64,000 nt of DNA, taken from NCBI GenBank assembly GCA_051313645.2, contig JBNRSN020000025.1, forward strand, positions 29,698,001-29,762,000. The letters run 5' to 3'. The position numbers and the translations under genes were made by a program. This DNA comes from Centroscyllium fabricii. Its lineage: Eukaryota. The notes below the pieces were generated by a model that made no database searches, had not been told where the DNA came from, and worked only from the letters and a program-made list of their open reading frames with translations. Within the stretch, counting starts at the first letter, position 1; every line of letters starts with the position of its first letter. Positions 59,920 through 64,000 of this stretch are shown in pieces.

Positions 59920-61115
59920 GCTGGGTCTCTTTTTCTCTTTGAAAAAAGAAGGCTGAGGGGTGACCTAATAGAGGTCATTAAAATTATGAAAGGTTTTGAT
60001 AGAGTGGATACAGAGCGAGTGTTTCCACTTGTGAGGAAAAGCATAACTAGAGGCCGTCAATATAAGATAGTCACCAAGAAATCAAATCGGCAATTCAGAA
60101 GAAACACCTTCACCCAAAGAGTGATGAGAATGTGGAACTCGCTACCAGAGGGAGTGGTTGAGGCGAATAGTATCGATACATTTAAGGGGAGGCTGGACAA
60201 CCATATGAGGGAGAAGGAAATAGAAGGTTCCGCTGATAGATTTAGATGAGGAGGAGGCTTGAGTGGAGCATAAATGCCGACATGGACTGGTTGGGCCGAA
60301 TGGCCTGTTTTTAGAACATAAGAACATAAGAAATAGGAGCAGGAGTAGGCCAATCGGCCCCTCGAGCCTGCTCCGCCATTCAATAAGATCATGGCTGATC
60401 CTACCCTAACCTTCTTCCCACTATCACCCTTCAACCCACCCAAAAAACCATGTGATCTCCTGGGAGAGGCGAAAAACCAGATAAAAACCCAGGCCAATTT
60501 GGGAAAAAATCCGGGAAATTCCTCTCCGACCCCAATCTAGGCGATCGAAACTTGTCCAGGAGATCACTCAGGTCTTACTATACTAACAATAGCTCAGGTC
60601 CACTTCCCTGCCCGCTCCCCGTAACCCCTAATTCCCTTGTCTGCTAAAAAACAGTCTTTCCGTTTTAAATTTATTTAACGTTCCCGCTTCCACAGCTCCC
60701 TGAGGCAGCAAATTCCATAGATTAACCACCCTCTGAGTGAAGAAGTTTCTCCTCATCTCAGTTTTAAAAGAGCCCCCCCTTATTTTTGTGTCATGTAGCC
60801 TATACAAAGCACAGAAGGAGGCCATTCGGCCCATCGTGCCTGTGCCGACTCTTTGAAAGAGCTCTCCAATTATCCCCACTTCCCTCCTCTTACACCTTAG
60901 CCCTGCAAATTTTTCCTTTTCAAATATTTATCAAATTCCCCTTTGAAAGTTACTATTGAATCTGCTTCCCCCACCCTTTCAGGCAGCGCATTCCAGGTCA
61001 CAACAACTCGCTGTGTAAAAAACCGAATCACCTCATCTTCCCCCTCTGGCTCTTTTTATCGTGACCTAATTGAATGGTGGAACAGGCTCGAGGGGCTGAA
61101 TGGCCTCCTCCTGTG
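59920..61115. mobile_element. Cluster of CR1 3' fragments (59920-60310 +, 60312-60785 -, 60800-61050 -)
   Basis: CR1 ORF2 ends (FTQRVMRMWNSLP; FFTQRVVNLWN) and tails. Confidence 0.85.
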
Positions 61116-61534
61116 ATAATCAGGCAAGGAATGAGAAAGAGCAAAGTGGGAAAGCGTCAGTTTCACTTTGTGCTTGTGCAGCCTGCAAGGATTATTATGT
61201 AACTTCGAAGAATGCTCAGCATGTCAGCCGTTGACTGTGGCACGATGACACGATAAATCAAGCTGTACAGTTTCGAGCAAAAGGACTCTGCCTGCAGCTT
61301 GAGTTGGACGCCGGGTGTATCTCTGCCAGTGGGTGAGCTGAAACAATGCAGCTTCCTGCCTAACAAAGCACGGAGGATCGAGGCTGCAACTGATCTCAGT
61401 AAACAATTTCTGGTTAAGAAGGTTCAAGCAGAATTGAGTGACTTTCCTTTTCTCTCACTGTGTTGAAATTAAGACTCATCCGGCGCTCTCACATTCTGTC
61501 CCATGACACCAAATACCACGGAACCCCCTCATAA

Positions 61535-62150
61535 CAATAACTTGAAATTATGCCATATCTTTAACATAGTGAAAACGTCGCAAGGCGCTTCACAGGAGCA
61601 ATTATGAAACAAAATTTGACACCGAGCCATAGGAGATATTTGGAGAGGTGATCAAAAGCTTGGCCAAAGAGGTAGGTTTTAAGGAGCGTCTTACAGGAGA
61701 GACGGAGAGGTTTAGGGAGGGAATTCCAGAGCTCAGGAGCACGGCAGCTGAAGGCACGGCCGCCAATGATGGGGCAATGAAAATCTGGGACGCGCAAGAG
61801 GTCAGAATTGGAGGAAGGCAGAGTTTGGAGGAGGTTACAGAGATAGGGAGGGGCGAGGCCGTGGAGGGATTTGAACACAAGGATGAGAATTTAAAAATCG
61901 AGGTATTGCCAGGCCGGGAGCCAGTGTAGGTCAGTGAGCACAGGGATGTCTTTGCAAGTTAGGATACGGGCAGCGGAGTTTTGGATGAGCTCAAGTTTAC
62001 AGAGGGTGCAAGGTGGACGGCCGGCCAGAGAGCATTGGAATAGTCAAGTCTGGAGATAACAAAGGCATGGATGAGGGTTCCCAGCAGCAGATGGGCTGAA
62101 ACAGGGGCGATGGTATGGAGGTGGAGGTAGGCGGTCTTAGTGGAAACTGC
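61535..62150 (-). mobile_element. L2-type LINE 3' fragment
   Basis: LIHAFVISRLDYSNAL, FKSLHGLAPPYL and GGRAFS...APELWNSLP are L2 ORF2 C-terminal motifs. Confidence 0.9.
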
Positions 62151-62233
62151 CAATTACACTGAGTCCGTTGTCACTGGGTTTTCCTGGTAGTCGCCCGGTT
62201 ACTGTTGGTTACCACCGGCTCCATGACACCTGC

Positions 62234-62650
62234 GTGTCAGGAGTTGGTGATGCCATCACCAGGTCACCTGCGGGTCAGGAGTTGGCGACTCCATCACCAG
62301 GTCACTTGCGGGTCAGGAGTTGGCGATTCCATCACCAGGTCACCTGCGGGTCAGGAGTTGGCGATGCCATCACCAGGTCACCTGCGGGTCAGGAGTTGGC
62401 GATGCCATCACCAGGTCACCTGTGGGTCAGGAGTTGGCGATTCCATCACCAGGTCACCAGCGGGTCAGGAGTTGGCGACTCCATCACCAGGTCACCTGCG
62501 GGTCAGGAGTTGGCGATTCCATCACCAGGTCACCTGCGGGTCAGGAGTTGGCGATGCCATCACCAGGTCACCTGCGGGTCAGGAGTTGGCGATGCCATCA
62601 CCAGGTCACCTGTGGGTCAGGAGTTGGCGATTCCATCACCAGGTCACCTG
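62234..62650. repeat. 38-bp minisatellite (cgggtcaggagttggcgatgccatcaccaggtcacctg), ~11 copies
   Basis: Direct inspection. Confidence 0.97.
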
Positions 62651-63199
62651 AAATAGAAAAGCAGCTTTGGTCTTCCCTTCTTCTCATGACCTACAAGCTT
62701 TAAAAAAAAAACAAGCTTGGGATCACTTGGCCACGATCTCCTGACTTAACTGATCTTCTTTCCTCGCGGCAAAGGGAGACTTTTTTGCGCTATGTGCAAT
62801 GAAAGATCACAAAGCTAAGTATGGAGGAGGTGGGGGATCCTTGGCCAATCCTTGCACAGAAACCCACAATCCCCTTCCATCACCTAAGTACCCCGTCAAT
62901 GAGTTTCTGCTTCGCCTTCCCGAGAAATGAAGGGAGTCATTTTAATTTTGAGCGATAGTGTAAAACGGACGATATCAAGAGTTGGCCGGTCGTTATACCC
63001 CCCGCCCCATCCTCCATTCCCTTGACTTCAGCAGGAAGGGTAATTGGGTGGGGCGTAGAATGGGCGGACATTCCAATATTGCCCTAATTTAAAATTACCC
63101 TCTAATAGTGGAGCTGGGTTTAAACTGTGGATCTTGTTAGATCAACAGCACTCCAATCAACCCATTGAACCATCCAGCAATAAATGGCAGCTTTGCAGT

Positions 63200-64000
63200 A
63201 ATGAGAGCTATTTGTAGATAATTATGCTGTTTAGTGATGATGGTTGGGGGATAAATATTGGCCAGGACACCGGGGAGAACTCCCCCACTCTTCTTTGAAA
63301 TTGTACCATTGGATCTTTTACATCCACCCCAGACGGCAGACAGGGCCTCATCTGAAAGACAGCACCTCTGACAGTGCAGCACTGGAGTGTCGGCCAAGAT
63401 TATGGTCTCAAGTCTCTGGAGTGGGGCTTGAACCCACAACCAGGCTGTCAAAAACAGAAAGGCAGACTATTATCTGAATGGAAATAGATTGGAAGACGGG
63501 GAAGTGCAACGAGACCTGGGTGTTCTTGTGCACCAGTCGTTGAAGGTAAGCATGCAGGTGCAACAGGCGGTGAAGAAGGCGAATGGTATGTTGGCCTTCA
63601 TAGTGAGAGGATTTGAGTACAGGAACAAGGATGTCCTGCTGCAGTTGTACAGGGCCTTGGTGAGACCACACCTTGAGTACTGTGTGCAGTTTTGGTCACC
63701 TTATCTGAGGAAGCATGTTCTTGCCATGGAAGGAGTTCAGCGAAGATTCACAAGGCTGATACCTGGGAAACACAGAAACACAGAAGATAGGAGCAGGAGT
63801 AGGCCATTCGGCCCTTCGAGCCTGCTCTGCCATTTTGATGAGATCATGGCTGATCATCCAAACCCAGCAACCCCCTCCTACCCTCTCCCCATATCCCCTG
63901 ACACACCCAACTCTAAGAACTATATCTCACACACATACTCATGGGCAATTTTTATTTTTTATTTTTTAGCATCTCCAATTCACCTAACCTGCATGTCTTT
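63200..64000. mobile_element. DeuSINE fragment (63200-63443 -), CR1 RT fragment (63446-63768 +) and SINE tail (63770-64000 -)
   Basis: Matches to the corresponding families elsewhere in the window. Confidence 0.8.

Noticed and set aside
61163-61427. Unique - strand ORFs, considered as PANK4 or other neighbour exons
   Set aside because: No recognisable homology and only weak donor sites.

Overview
Repeat-rich vertebrate genomic DNA, almost certainly from a cartilaginous fish (HE1/V-type SINEs, SacSINE1-like DeuSINEs and abundant CR1 LINEs). The only recognisable host gene is the 3' end of phospholipase C eta 2 (PLCH2) on the + strand: penultimate coding exon 16188-17136 (with an internal alternative donor) and terminal exon 28741-30581, followed by a 3' UTR. 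The rest is a dense mosaic of CR1, L2, Rex1 and other LINE fragments, SINEs, hAT/Harbinger/Tigger-like MITEs, solo LTRs, a full-length but mutated Ty3/Gypsy element (38129-42817, - strand) and many minisatellites. Best leads: (1) two families of short non-coding, inverted-repeat, TSD-flanked Penelope-type retroelements carrying minimal hammerhead ribozymes, one with a compensatory U3-A8 core; (2) a Gypsy element with no tRNA primer-binding site but a 14-bp LTR/leader fold-back, a YxDN RT motif and an internal YY1-motif array; (3) a decayed intronic copy of part of the PLCH2 last exon and a PLCH1-like 20-codon exon remnant; (4) a 38-bp tandem array holding ten DR5 (RARE-type) elements. All calls were made by eye without database searches; most TE boundaries are approximate unless a TSD is quoted.
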